From IMG/VR virus record IMGVR_UViG_3300021976_000013, positions 1-61,935 of that record: 61,935 nucleotides of DNA. One strand, given 5' to 3'. The DNA comes from a virus. Taxonomy: Duplodnaviria > Caudoviricetes. Shown piece by piece: positions 29,732-40,142 of this stretch. A program made the translations under genes and the position numbers. Under the pieces are notes generated by a model. It made no database searches and was not told the DNA's origin. It saw only the letters and a program-made list of their open reading frames with translations. How positions within the stretch are numbered: position 1 is the first letter of the stretch; every line of letters begins with the position of its first letter.

Positions 29732-32215
29732 ATGGGCGACGCCACTCTAGATCGCGATGCCGTGCGTGCGTGGTTCGTGCGGCTATACGGAGACATGGAC
29801 GGTGGTGAGCTGATCAACATCGTCCCCGTGGGTGACGATTGGTCCGGCAACACCGGATCGTGTTGGGATCTTGACGGCGTCGTGGACTTGATCACTCGGC
29901 TGGACGCTGGCAAGCCCGTAGGGATCTACCACCGGATCACCACTGTGATCAATCCTCCGGAACCGTACAAGAGGGGGGTAGCCAGAGATTCCCACATGCT
30001 CCCTGGTCTGTGGGCTGACATCGATATTGCCGGGCCTGGCCACAAGAGCAAGAAAGGAACCCTACCGGCCGACGAAGCGGCAGCTAGGAAGATCGTCGAA
30101 AACTCCTGCCTGCCTGCTCCGACGCTGTGGGTTCACTCGGGTGGCGGACTCTACCCGTGGTGGCTCTTCGATCACGCGGCCGAAGTCACCGATGACTCTT
30201 ACGAGTCAATCGCCAAGCTGTCCGTAGATCTTCATGCGGAGCTGAAGCGGTCGGCCGAAGAATTGGGCATGGCGTGCGAGCCCATGGCCGATCTTGCTCG
30301 GGTGCTTCGGGTGCCTGGCACAGTCAACCGAAAGGATGGACTGGCGCGGCCGTGTCGAGTGATCGACGATCACGGGCACACGTACGCGATCGAGGACATC
30401 CGCGAGGCAGTACCGGGCGGGGGTCAGATACCCATCGTGCTGGCCCCACAGGACATCTATGAGGACCTACCGGCTGGTCCCCCTTGCCGGGCTATGGATC
30501 GGAAGCTAGCGGCCGTTACAGGGGCTCTCAGGGACGCTGAGACGGGGTCCAGACATCGGACCGCGTTGTCTGCGGTCGGTTCGCTGGTCTGGCTCGGCAA
30601 CGTCGGGCACGCCGGTGCTCGGGAAGCGCTCGATCAGCTCGGTGAAGTGTTCGAGGAGATCAAGCCGTCGGTAGAGCAGGGCTCGAAAGGTAGTTCCTGG
30701 CAAGGGATGATCAGTTACGTCATCTCGCGGATCGAGGTCAAGGAAGATCGCCACTGCTGTGGAGAGTGGGCGTTCACCGAATCGCACATGGCCAACCGAG
30801 CGGCCGAAGAGATCTTGATCGGAACCTTCCGTTGGTCTGGCGGAATGAATTGGGTTCGGTGGACGGGCAAGATCTGGCGTCGGGTAGAAGATGCCGAGCT
30901 GTTCGAGGTGCTCAAACAATGGTTGCTTGACGGTTTCAAACGATCAAACCTCGCGTGGGCATCGAACCCTGCCGACAAGGCACTAGAAGGGGTCATGAAG
31001 GGGTGGCGTTCGATGTTGAGTCAGAACGCTATCGCGCACATCCTCAAGCTGGCTCAAGGTGTGCCAGGGGTGATCTTTGACGCGGCCGACATGGACGCTG
31101 ATCCGGATCTTCTGAACGCTCAGAACGGGGTAGTCGATCTCCGTACCGGTGAGCTGCTTGAGCACGATCACGGGCGGCTCATGTCCAAGATCGCTACATG
31201 TGCTTACGTGCCAGGCGCAACGCATGAGGACATGATCAAGGTCTTGTCCGCACTGCCGGAAGACGTTCGCGGTTGGATGCAAGATCGCATCGGGCAGAGC
31301 GCGACCGGGCACATGACGCCAGACGACCTCTTGTGCATCTTGCAGGGCTCAGGCCAGAACGCGAAATCGACGCTGTTGGAAGGGATCAGTACGGCGCTCG
31401 GCAGCTATCACACGATCGTCTCGGACCGCGTGGTCATGGGCGATATCACCCGAGACGAGATCATGGCTCTGCAAGGCGCGCGGTCGGTCTGGCTAGAGGA
31501 GACTCCCGAAGCTGCACACCTTGACATCGCCAAGCTGAAAAAGATCATCGGAACGTCGGACATCACCGGTCACCACCTGTACAAGTCTTCAGTCACATGG
31601 AAAGCGACACACTCTCTGTTCATCACCACCAACTATGTCCCCATGGTCAGCGAGACGGATCATGGAACATGGCGACGGCTGGCGCTGATCCGGTTCCCGT
31701 ACACCTTCACCAAAGATCCCGTAGGGGAATTCGAGCGGCTCTCGGATCCGACCCTTCGGCTAAGAGTCACCCGCGACGTCAAGATCCATGAAGCGTTCCT
31801 CGCATGGATCATCGAAGGCGCTCGGGAGTTCTACATGCGAGACATGGTCACGATGGACTGGCCGACCACTGTCCGGCGAGACACAGACGACTGGCGGGCC
31901 GATGTCGATCTAGTGATGGGCTACTGGCGTGATCGGCTCACTCATGATCCGACTCGTTACATCCTTTCAACGGACCTTCGTGCGGACTTCAACGAATGGA
32001 CCGAGCGGAAGGGTCATAAGGGCCTGTCCGAGAAAGTGTTCAACGCGAGATTTGCTGATCATACGGAGACGACTCGGGCGCACGTCCGGAAGGAGAGGAT
32101 CCGGACTAACGCTCCCGGACTGTCTAGGCCACACGAAAATGGGCCGAAAGCTCCCGAAAAGGCCATGACGTGGCAGGGTGTCCGTTTCCAAGACGACGAA
32201 GATCCGTTCAAATGA
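29732..32215 (+). CDS. DNA primase (RepB-type AEP) fused to a D5/SF3 helicase
   Basis: WADIDI..H, HSGGG, D.ARVLRVPGT.N.K; LN..NGVVDLRTG, GSGQNAKST, TN..P, D.G.WRR. Confidence 0.92.
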   Translation: MGDATLDRDAVRAWFVRLYGDMDGGELINIVPVGDDWSGNTGSCWDLDGVVDLITRLDAGKPVGIYHRITTVINPPEPYKRGVARDSHMLPGLWADIDIAGPGHKSKKGTLPADEAAARKIVENSCLPAPTLWVHSGGGLYPWWLFDHAAEVTDDSYESIAKLSVDLHAELKRSAEELGMACEPMADLARVLRVPGTVNRKDGLARPCRVIDDHGHTYAIEDIREAVPGGGQIPIVLAPQDIYEDLPAGPPCRAMDRKLAAVTGALRDAETGSRHRTALSAVGSLVWLGNVGHAGAREALDQLGEVFEEIKPSVEQGSKGSSWQGMISYVISRIEVKEDRHCCGEWAFTESHMANRAAEEILIGTFRWSGGMNWVRWTGKIWRRVEDAELFEVLKQWLLDGFKRSNLAWASNPADKALEGVMKGWRSMLSQNAIAHILKLAQGVPGVIFDAADMDADPDLLNAQNGVVDLRTGELLEHDHGRLMSKIATCAYVPGATHEDMIKVLSALPEDVRGWMQDRIGQSATGHMTPDDLLCILQGSGQNAKSTLLEGISTALGSYHTIVSDRVVMGDITRDEIMALQGARSVWLEETPEAAHLDIAKLKKIIGTSDITGHHLYKSSVTWKATHSLFITTNYVPMVSETDHGTWRRLALIRFPYTFTKDPVGEFERLSDPTLRLRVTRDVKIHEAFLAWIIEGAREFYMRDMVTMDWPTTVRRDTDDWRADVDLVMGYWRDRLTHDPTRYILSTDLRADFNEWTERKGHKGLSEKVFNARFADHTETTRAHVRKERIRTNAPGLSRPHENGPKAPEKAMTWQGVRFQDDEDPFK

Positions 32216-32220
32216 TCTTC

Positions 32221-32304
32221 TGGGCAGGGTGGGCAGGGTCTATCAGAACTTATTCATACGCCCGCGCGTGAGCAAGTCTGTGTAGACCCTGCCCACCCTG
32301 CCCA
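32221..32304. repeat. perfect 22-bp inverted repeat with G-quadruplex arms (candidate origin)
   Basis: TGGGCAGGGTGGGCAGGGTCTA / TAGACCCTGCCCACCCTGCCCA. Confidence 0.85.
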
Positions 32305-32406
32305 CGGATAGCCTAACTCGACCTATTTGGACAGGCTCATCTTACCCGTTGGTTACTATGGATCCATGACATGATGGCAAGGTAATCCCTCCCGAGAGGA
32401 ACGATC

Positions 32407-34152
32407 ATGCGACACTTGGCATTCGACCTTGAGACGTGGCAGGCCGACGAGATCTTTCGTCAGCCTGACTTCGTCCGGCTCGGTGCGTACGGCACCGCTA
32501 AGTGGCATCGCATGTCCACCGACGGCAACGTGATCGTAGACGCACTACACAAGGGCATCGCGGACGGCCGCGTTCTGACCGGTCACAACATCTGTGATTT
32601 CGATCTTGTGGCGCTGGCTCGCTGGCACGGGCTCAAGCTTCCAGAGCTTCGTGATCACATTGCCGATACCTACCTGCTCGCGTTGATCAACGATCCCCCG
32701 TTGTCTGGTGTGGAGGGCCGTTCGATGATGCCGCGTGGGTACTACGGGCTGAACGAGACGTGCGAGCACTACGGGATGCCGGGGAAGACCGACTCGGCTA
32801 AGCGGCTGGCCAAGCAATGGGGCGGGTTCGAGAAGATCCCTACCGATGATCCGGAGTTCCGGCATTACCTCGCGGGTGACATAAGCGCGTCAAGCCGCTT
32901 GATCCAGGCCATGCCACCGATGACCGACTACGCCAAACGGGATATGAACGTCGGGCTGATCATGTCTCAGATGAGACTGAACGGCTTTCGGGTGGACGTC
33001 GAAGAGTTGCATCACGCGCTGGCCGACCAGGTAATCCGTAAGACCGGACACATAGCCGAGCTTGCCGAGATCACCGGTATGCCTACCGGCCGGACGGTCG
33101 GCGTGCGCAACCCGCGTTACGAAGAGTTCGCCTCTCCGCTGGCCACTGACGTGGGCAAGCAGGCGATCATCAAGGCGTTCTTTATCGAGGGGATCAAGGA
33201 AGGTGCGCTTCCGACCACTCCAGGTACCGGCAAGCTGGCTACCGGCCGGGAGCCGATGCTTGAGCTGAAAGAGAAGATCATCAAGTACGGCGGCAACCCG
33301 AAGCTTGAGCGGATGATCGATCTGATCATCTCCGTCGTCGGTGAGCGGACCGTGTACGACACGATCAACAGCACGCGAGTGGACGATCGAGTGCATCCGT
33401 CGATCAAGCCGTCTCAGGCTTCCGGCCGGTGGTCCATCACCGGGCCTGGCCTGACGGTGCTCGGCAAGCGCGGCGGCCGTCATGTCGAACGTCGGGTGTT
33501 GCTTCCCGAGATCGGTCACTCGAATATGTCGGTTGACCTTCGTCAGGTGGACGCGCGAGCGGTGGCAGCACACAGCCAAGATCGCAACTATATGCGGATC
33601 TTCCAAGAGGGTAGAGATCTTCATACGGCTAACGCGATCACCGCTTTCGGAGACGGGAGCAGGCGAGAGGACGCCAAGCCGGTCGGTCACGGATGGAACT
33701 ACGGTCTGTCGATCCGGCGCATGATCGAGATGGGGCTCACCGAGTTAGCCGCTTGCGCGTTCGACGAGAACATGAGGGCGAATCATCCGGGTGTGATCCG
33801 CTGGCAGAACAACGTTCGGCAGATCGCTCGCGACGGCGGCTTGCTCGACAACGGGTGGGGACGGATGATGCGCCCCGATCCCCGCTTCGCCTACACGCAA
33901 GCTCCGGCTCTGGTCGGCCAAGGGTGTACGCGGGACATCTTGGCCGAAGGTCTGCTCAGGCTTCCGGTGGAGATCTGGCCGATGCTTCGGGTTGTCGTGC
34001 ATGACGAGATCGTTATGTCGGTGCCGACCGAGAGCTATCACGACGTCGCGGAAGTGGTTCGAGAGGCACTCTCGTTCGATTTCCGGGGGGTCCCGATCGA
34101 GTGTGACGTCTCAAAGCCGGGCTCGACGTGGGCAGCGGTATACGACAAGTGA
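32407..34152 (+). CDS. polA: family A DNA polymerase with 3'-5' exonuclease
   Basis: FDLET, GHN..FD, SGRWS; motif A D..QVD.R, motif B R..AK....G..YG, motif C VHDE. Confidence 0.93.
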   Translation: MRHLAFDLETWQADEIFRQPDFVRLGAYGTAKWHRMSTDGNVIVDALHKGIADGRVLTGHNICDFDLVALARWHGLKLPELRDHIADTYLLALINDPPLSGVEGRSMMPRGYYGLNETCEHYGMPGKTDSAKRLAKQWGGFEKIPTDDPEFRHYLAGDISASSRLIQAMPPMTDYAKRDMNVGLIMSQMRLNGFRVDVEELHHALADQVIRKTGHIAELAEITGMPTGRTVGVRNPRYEEFASPLATDVGKQAIIKAFFIEGIKEGALPTTPGTGKLATGREPMLELKEKIIKYGGNPKLERMIDLIISVVGERTVYDTINSTRVDDRVHPSIKPSQASGRWSITGPGLTVLGKRGGRHVERRVLLPEIGHSNMSVDLRQVDARAVAAHSQDRNYMRIFQEGRDLHTANAITAFGDGSRREDAKPVGHGWNYGLSIRRMIEMGLTELAACAFDENMRANHPGVIRWQNNVRQIARDGGLLDNGWGRMMRPDPRFAYTQAPALVGQGCTRDILAEGLLRLPVEIWPMLRVVVHDEIVMSVPTESYHDVAEVVREALSFDFRGVPIECDVSKPGSTWAAVYDK

Positions 34153-34232
34153 GCACGCAGCGTGCCTGACGGCACGTGACCGATCAAGAGGGCAAGTAAG
34201 ACACGCGTCTCGCTTGCCCTCTTCGCACCCCT

Positions 34233-34328
34233 TCTGACCTGCGGAAATCCCTATCTCCAAGGGGGCCATCCGGGTATACCTAACTAGGGGTGTAACCCCA
34301 CACAGAGCATCTCAGGGCCGTCTAGGGC
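34233..34328 (+). repeat. dispersed ~100-bp element, copy C
   Basis: TCTGACCTGCGGAAATCCCTATCTC...TCTCAGGGCCGTCTAGGG. Confidence 0.8.
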
Positions 34329-34509
34329 TAAATCACGGAGAGTGACAAAGTGGAGATCGTCCAACTGCTAGAGATCATTCTGGTCATGCTCTGCACGTTG
34401 GAGGTGATCATCCTGATCAAGATCCTAATTCTCCTGATCAAGATGGAGAAACCGATAGAGATCATTCAGACCCCGTTCAAGATCCACACCACCGAAGATC
34501 GGACAGAAA

Positions 34510-34833
34510 ATGATCTGTGAAGTGTGCGCGTCAGCGGCTGACTTGATCAGCAACGTCGCCCATCCCGAGGTGCCGATGATCGTCATGCTGGCGGAAGATC
34601 TCCACTCGAAATGTAAAGGTGGATCATGGTGCGACTGCCAGCACCAACTGACACGTAAGAGTCAGCCGACGGTGCGAGTCCTGACGGTTCCGGAATATCG
34701 GGTGATCTCTGAAGAGGTCCTCGACGAAGCTGTTGCGCTCGGCGTCAAGGTCCGGAAGTTTCTCGACGGCGAACGCGACCGGATGATACTGGACAACCGA
34801 GTAGATCAACTCAAGCTGGACGGAGGAATCTGA
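34510..34833 (+). CDS. hypothetical Zn-binding protein
   Basis: MIC..C....H..C.G..WCDCQH. Confidence 0.65.
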   Translation: MICEVCASAADLISNVAHPEVPMIVMLAEDLHSKCKGGSWCDCQHQLTRKSQPTVRVLTVPEYRVISEEVLDEAVALGVKVRKFLDGERDRMILDNRVDQLKLDGGI

Positions 34834-34835
34834 TC

Positions 34836-35357
34836 ATGGGAGCACGCGGTGAGCGGTCACCGGATCTCAACCGATACGCGAAGGGAGCGCGGTTCGAGCA
34901 CAAGATCATGGATCACCTGGTGGGTCTCGGCTACTCCTGCATTCGAGCCGCAGGATCGAAGGGCGACACAAAGATCGACATCGTCGCCTTCAAAGAGGGC
35001 TTCCCGATCATGCTGATCCAGGCCAAGACCGACGGCAAGATCAGTAAGGCTGAGTGGGATCGGGTGTTCGAGGTTTCGCAGTGGTACGGACACGGCGTGT
35101 GCGTCCCTGTGCTGGCCGCTAACGGGCCGAAGGGCGTGGGGGTCACCTATACCCGCATCCTTGGCCAGAGGGTCCTGTACGCACGCTCACAGCCGTGCAG
35201 ACCCTATAGGCCGGGGGTCGTCGAAGTGCCACGGGTGCGTATCGGGTGGGTACCGAACATCAGGGCAGCAGCAGGGGATCCGGAAGTCGTCGATATAACG
35301 TCGCTGGTATCGAGCGTTGATCTCGGGACGGCTGATCTCCCGGAGATCGAATCATAA
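34836..35357 (+). CDS. Holliday junction resolvase (Hjc-type PD-(D/E)XK)
   Basis: G..FE.....L...GY...RAAGS....DIVA......IQ.K. Confidence 0.8.
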   Translation: MGARGERSPDLNRYAKGARFEHKIMDHLVGLGYSCIRAAGSKGDTKIDIVAFKEGFPIMLIQAKTDGKISKAEWDRVFEVSQWYGHGVCVPVLAANGPKGVGVTYTRILGQRVLYARSQPCRPYRPGVVEVPRVRIGWVPNIRAAAGDPEVVDITSLVSSVDLGTADLPEIES

Positions 35358-35393
35358 CTTGACCAGTCGTCAAGGTAGAGGCATGCTGGCGGT

Positions 35394-35627
35394 ATGCCTC
35401 TACCAGAGATCGAATACCACGAGAACAACGGCACCACCGAAGAGCCGGATGGGTATCTGTACTTCACCGACGGCGCTCGGTTGATCTTTGAGCCGGGTAC
35501 GTCCGGCATGGGGAACCCGTTCGGGCTGTTTCCGGGCGGATGGATGTTCGAGACAGATGATCATTACCGAGCCGCTGGCGAATACTTGATCGCTAACGGT
35601 CTGACCGGATGGCAGGCGAGATCATGA
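35394..35627 (+). CDS. hypothetical protein (leaderless)
   Basis: TTGACC-17-CATGCT-6-ATG promoter with operator. Confidence 0.65.
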   Translation: MPLPEIEYHENNGTTEEPDGYLYFTDGARLIFEPGTSGMGNPFGLFPGGWMFETDDHYRAAGEYLIANGLTGWQARS

Positions 35628-35842
35628 GTTGCCACTGCAAGCCAGGCAAGATCTGTACATGCCCACCGTGCGCTGACACGCACGCGAGCAAGCATTGGAA
35701 GACGGTCGAGAAAGCAGACAAGAAAGCGATCAAGCGCAAGCGTAAGTGATCTACACAGAGCCCTGGCCGACCGGCCAGGGCTCTTGTCATGGGTACAAGA
35801 ATGTGCCTTGACCAGGGGGCAAGGATAGGAGAGGATACGGGT

Positions 35843-36139
35843 ATGGACGAAGAGTTGCTCAAGATCCCGTCCGGGATGTGTCCGGCTCACCACATGGTGG
35901 CGCTTTCGTGGCGGAACAACTTCTACGACCCTCGCCACCCGTGCGAGTGGCCGGGTAAAGCGATCATCATGGACGCGCGGACCGATCATGCGGACCGTGA
36001 CAAGAGCTGGACCAAGCGCAACCACGAACAGATCATGATCGTCGCGAACATCTGCAACAACGGCAAGGGCCTGGCTTGTCCGGCCGAGTCGGAATGGGCT
36101 TCCATCCGGCAAGAGATCAACAGGAGGTATCTCGGATGA
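35843..36139 (+). CDS. hypothetical Cys/His protein (leaderless)
   Basis: TTGACC-17-GAGGAT-6-ATG promoter with operator. Confidence 0.65.
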   Translation: MDEELLKIPSGMCPAHHMVALSWRNNFYDPRHPCEWPGKAIIMDARTDHADRDKSWTKRNHEQIMIVANICNNGKGLACPAESEWASIRQEINRRYLG

Positions 36140-36233
36140 CGACTCAGACTCGCGTTCTCATGATCGTGGTGATTGTCCTGCTCATGATCAATCTCGGCAT
36201 CTCGATCTACAACGTAGTTGTGACGGTCACGTC

Positions 36234-36470
36234 ATGAGCGCCCACATCACCGGCCGGGAGTGCTCGGCGGCGTGTTGCGCCGGTAGAGATCCTTACGTCG
36301 ATTTCGAGATCATCGTCAAGGTCCGGGTTCATGAAGATCTTGCTGACTCCGGTCGTCCGATCACGCCGAATTCGGTGGTCAATTCGATCTTGGAAGAGAT
36401 CAGCGAGCTGGCTACCGGTGACTTGGTGATCATCACTCCTTCGCTCAAGATCGAGGAGAACGAATCATGA
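36234..36470 (+). CDS. hypothetical protein
   Basis: Coupled ORF in the rightward accessory operon. Confidence 0.55.
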   Translation: MSAHITGRECSAACCAGRDPYVDFEIIVKVRVHEDLADSGRPITPNSVVNSILEEISELATGDLVIITPSLKIEENES

Positions 36471-36609
36471 TCACGGATTCTGACGGTATCCGCATGCTGA
36501 ACGCGATCAGGGGACTCACGTCCGCTCTTGAGCTTCACACCACACAGATCAACAGCCTGACCGCTCGGATCGAGCGGCTCGAAAACAAGATTGAAGATTT
36601 GGAGGGATC

Positions 36610-37284
36610 GTGAGCAACCTGCCTGCTCTGCCGGATCCGGACGATGCTCGGGAGATCGACTCTCCGCATGGTCCGGATCTGTCTCGGCTCGATGACGGAT
36701 ACGGCGGCTACTCGGACTTCGTCGATGAGTTCCATTTCTGGGACAACGACGGTAGTGACTTCGTCCGGGACTTTCCGACCCGTCGGCGCGAAAGGTGGAT
36801 CACCGATCGGCTGATCGATTGGGCCGACGACGATGATCCGGATCCGGGCGATGCCGAGCCGATCGAGCCGAGCAGCGATCTTGAGATCACCGTGATCCGG
36901 ATCATGCCGAGCGGTGGCCACATGATCAACAACGGTCCGGACGAGATCGAGCTACGTGGGCCGACCAAGCGTGTCGTAGTGATCTACGGCCGGTGGTCGC
37001 TGCCGGTGGTCGGCCGGAAGGGCTACACGTACGAGACGGATCTTGGTCTTCAGGTCGGAGACATCGTGATGGTCCCTCCGACGGCCATCTGTCGGGAACC
37101 GCAGGAAGCGACTGTGGTCCGGCTTGGCTCGGACTACTCCGGTTACGTCCACAAGATCACGGAGCTGGTGGCCCGTAAGCCGATGCATGATCAGGATCGA
37201 GCCATGATCCATGGGGAGCCTAGCGATCACCCGTGGTACTGCCAATGCCGCGTGTGCGACGACGAAGGGGAAGGCGTTCGATGA
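36610..37284 (+). CDS. hypothetical protein (acidic N-terminal half; true start could be ATG 36922)
   Basis: RBS GGAGG; YTY....L.VGD.V.VP motif. Confidence 0.55.
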   Translation: MSNLPALPDPDDAREIDSPHGPDLSRLDDGYGGYSDFVDEFHFWDNDGSDFVRDFPTRRRERWITDRLIDWADDDDPDPGDAEPIEPSSDLEITVIRIMPSGGHMINNGPDEIELRGPTKRVVVIYGRWSLPVVGRKGYTYETDLGLQVGDIVMVPPTAICREPQEATVVRLGSDYSGYVHKITELVARKPMHDQDRAMIHGEPSDHPWYCQCRVCDDEGEGVR

Positions 37285-37435
37285 GCACCAAAGATCCACT
37301 GCTCGACCGACTCGATCGGGTAAACGTGCTGGGTCGCAATGCCGATGCTCAGGTGGTGGGCGCGCTGGCTGTGCTTCACCCCCAGATCTTGGAAGAGATC
37401 ATCGGTCTCCTCCTGAAAGAGCAGGAAAAAGGGTC

Positions 37436-37768
37436 ATGATCCTCGATACCGAAGTTGATCAGATGTTCCGAGTGGTCGTCACGCTGGACGTGACAGAGAC
37501 TCCCCCGACGTCTGCGAACGGCGTCCACTACCTGATCAAGCCGGATCGGCTGGTCGCGACGTGGGTGAAGGTCAACAACGATCCGAAGTGGCACGTGGAC
37601 ATGATCCGGGTTCGAGGGCCGAGGATCTTGAAAGGTGACCTGCTCTCGGACGCGGTCAGCGGTTCCAAGCATTGGACGATCACGGGGGATCACAAGACGG
37701 ATCCTCCGTCGTGGGTCCTCTCGATCATCGGAGAGATCAAGCCGAACGGATGGGAGCTGACCACGTGA
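37436..37768 (+). CDS. hypothetical protein
   Basis: ATGA coupling; V.GPRI.K and PP.W pattern. Confidence 0.6.
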   Translation: MILDTEVDQMFRVVVTLDVTETPPTSANGVHYLIKPDRLVATWVKVNNDPKWHVDMIRVRGPRILKGDLLSDAVSGSKHWTITGDHKTDPPSWVLSIIGEIKPNGWELTT

Positions 37769-37989
37769 ACCGCATGGGTGGCAAGGCGATGCGCCAGATG
37801 TACGAGTCTGGCTACGGCATAGAAGCGATCATCGGCTACACGAACATGACCTACATGGAAGTGATCGAGAGGCTTCGTACGGCTGGCACCAACTTGATCA
37901 CTGGTGGCCCTCACGACACAGAGACGTGCCGACACAACCATTTCGAGATCATGGATCTTCAGGGATCTGGGGAGCTGGAAAGTGCCTAG
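37765..37989 (+). CDS. small HTH-like protein
   Basis: MYESG..IE.I........V..RLR.AG. Confidence 0.55.
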   Translation: MNRMGGKAMRQMYESGYGIEAIIGYTNMTYMEVIERLRTAGTNLITGGPHDTETCRHNHFEIMDLQGSGELESA

Positions 37990-38126
37990 AAAAGATCGCG
38001 CGTTCGGAGTGCATCACAGCTCAGCGCACAAGGGTGGAAGCCAGCGGCGCAAGATCAAGGTCCGTAAGCCGGGTAAGCAGAAGATCGTCAGCTCGTACAA
38101 ATCCAAGGTGAGCAGGCGGCGCGACG

Positions 38127-38447
38127 ATGAGTAGGCCGACGGAAGATCTCTTCCGGCAGGCTCTCCGGGAAGCGCTCGGCGTCAAGAGGGTCAAGTATCC
38201 GGGGATCAAGCTGGTCGTGCTGTCAGTGATGGTGCTCTTCGTCGTCGCTGGTATGGTCGTGATCTTTACGATCTTGCTTCACCGGTGGTGGCCGCTCGTT
38301 CCAGTGATCGACTACTGGACGGCGTTCCTGCTCACCGCGCTTTACCGAATCGATATGGCGCTACTCAAGCTGATCGCCAAGTCCGCGAATACGTACGCGG
38401 AAGCGGGCAAGCGGCAAGCGGATATGAGGAGAGGCGGGAGTAAGTGA
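38127..38447 (+). CDS. membrane protein
   Basis: Two hydrophobic segments. Confidence 0.6.
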   Translation: MSRPTEDLFRQALREALGVKRVKYPGIKLVVLSVMVLFVVAGMVVIFTILLHRWWPLVPVIDYWTAFLLTALYRIDMALLKLIAKSANTYAEAGKRQADMRRGGSK

Positions 38448-38831
38448 AGAAGATCATCAGGAAGCTGATCGTTCCGGTTTGTCCGGGATGCAAGCGCGTC
38501 AGGTGCATCTGCACCTAGAAAGGTGATCATGGCCAGGACGAACAAGCCTAAGATCAAGCCCCAACGGCCGAAGCCTAAGGGCAAGTAAGAAAGATCAGGG
38601 TCCGGGTGTCGAGCCCGGACCTTGACTCTTAAGAAACAATCGAAAGCAGGGAATCATGCCCGGACCTCTGGCCACGAACCGGCTCACCAAGGCACCGGCT
38701 CAGGCCAAGCACACGAGCAAGCACATGCGCCGACTGGCGAAGCGGATCAAGCTCCGTCTTGAGAGCTTCAACATGATCAAGGACCGTTCGGGCTACCACC
38801 GGCCGGGCTCAGAGAACCGCAAGAAGTGATC

Positions 38832-39203
38832 ATGAGCCTCCTTAGCCTGCTCGAATCGTTCGCCTTACTCGCGCTGGCGCTGATCGTCGGATTCGTCTAC
38901 GCCTGCATCCGGATCAAGCGTCGTGATCGTCGGACGGCGGCTGAGATCAAGGCGGGTCACGGGATCATCCCTCCCGAGATCTTGGCTGACGCGCACAGAG
39001 AGATCCGCAGGGAAGAGAGTTGGCAACGTGACCTTCGGTCCGACCGGCTCGCGCGGATCTCCCGAAGTGCCGTAGCGGCAAGCTCGCGAGATAATGAATC
39101 TTCCGAGCCGGAAGACACGCAACCGATACCGGCTCATGACGAGATCGAAGCACATGGGGAAGCACGAAAGATCGAAGCGACGGCCGGACTCTCCGAAGAG
39201 TGA
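38832..39203 (+). CDS. membrane-anchored hypothetical protein
   Basis: N-terminal TM. Confidence 0.55.
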   Translation: MSLLSLLESFALLALALIVGFVYACIRIKRRDRRTAAEIKAGHGIIPPEILADAHREIRREESWQRDLRSDRLARISRSAVAASSRDNESSEPEDTQPIPAHDEIEAHGEARKIEATAGLSEE

Positions 39204-39783
39204 TCCACCCGAGCTGACAGCGTTCCACGTGGGTACCCCACCGGATCCAGAGGAGGAGGATTTCCCGAGTGAGCCGACCACTGGTGACCTCTGGGAAGAT
39301 GATCCTTTTTACGAGCCGGATCATAAGGGCGGCCGACTACGGGCAACCGTGGCGGTCGCTCTTTGTCTTGTGGTCGTGGCGCTGGTCGGTTCACTCGGAT
39401 GGATGTTCGGCACCGGGAACGCGGAAGAGCGTCGGCCCAAGATCGTGAAGACGGTCACGGAGACGAACGGGCCGACCGAGCGGATCACGGAGTACCTGGC
39501 ACAGCAAGGGGATCACATAACGATCACTAAGAAAGGCGGTAAGGTCACTGCGGTCAAGACGATCAAAGCCACCGTGACACCACCGGCTCGGACGGTCACA
39601 GCTCCCGTGTTGGTGCCGACGGTCCGAGTAACGATCACGGAGGATGCGGAGATCATCACCAAGAAAATCTCGGTACCGGGACCGACAAAAACGATCACTG
39701 TAACATCGATCGAGACGGTTACAAATGATCTCTGTTTCCGGGTGAATCGAGCCGGAGATAAGATCGAAATCGGATGCCCCTAG
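39154..39783 (+). CDS. single-TM protein with Thr/Val-rich extracytoplasmic region
   Basis: Central TM; TVT repeats; C-terminal Cys pair. Confidence 0.6.
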   Translation: MGKHERSKRRPDSPKSDPPELTAFHVGTPPDPEEEDFPSEPTTGDLWEDDPFYEPDHKGGRLRATVAVALCLVVVALVGSLGWMFGTGNAEERRPKIVKTVTETNGPTERITEYLAQQGDHITITKKGGKVTAVKTIKATVTPPARTVTAPVLVPTVRVTITEDAEIITKKISVPGPTKTITVTSIETVTNDLCFRVNRAGDKIEIGCP

Positions 39784-39892
39784 AAGGGCCGCCAAGGCGG
39801 TTCTAACGAGATCGTTTAGGGGTGCATAGACTGAGTCGTGGCCGAGCTACGGGAGCGCTACGGCTCACCTGTAAGTCCCGGAAGGGGGGATT

Positions 39893-40132
39893 ATGACCGG
39901 CCGACGTTCGGACGTATGGCATCCGGGCTGTTGCCCTGATCTTCACTTCCGGGGTTTGCGCATCGCGCACTGTTCAGCGTGTCACGCTACGTTCGCGGGA
40001 CCTCACGGATTCGATGCACACAAGTTACTCGATGGATGCCGGGAGCCGTCGGCATGCGGGATGATATGCCGTGACGGGATATGGCACTGGCCACCGAGGG
40101 AATCCCTGATCAAGTGGCTCGCCAAGATCTGA
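39893..40132 (+). CDS. FDXHR-type Zn-binding protein
   Basis: HC..CH.TF.....FDAH....C..P. Confidence 0.7.
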   Translation: MTGRRSDVWHPGCCPDLHFRGLRIAHCSACHATFAGPHGFDAHKLLDGCREPSACGMICRDGIWHWPPRESLIKWLAKI

Positions 40133-40142
40133 AAGGATCATT

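Noticed and set aside
39781-39880. Possible seventh copy of the ~100-bp dispersed element
   Set aside because: Only short fragments match (CGCCAAGGC, GAGCCGTA on the reverse strand); too weak to call by eye.
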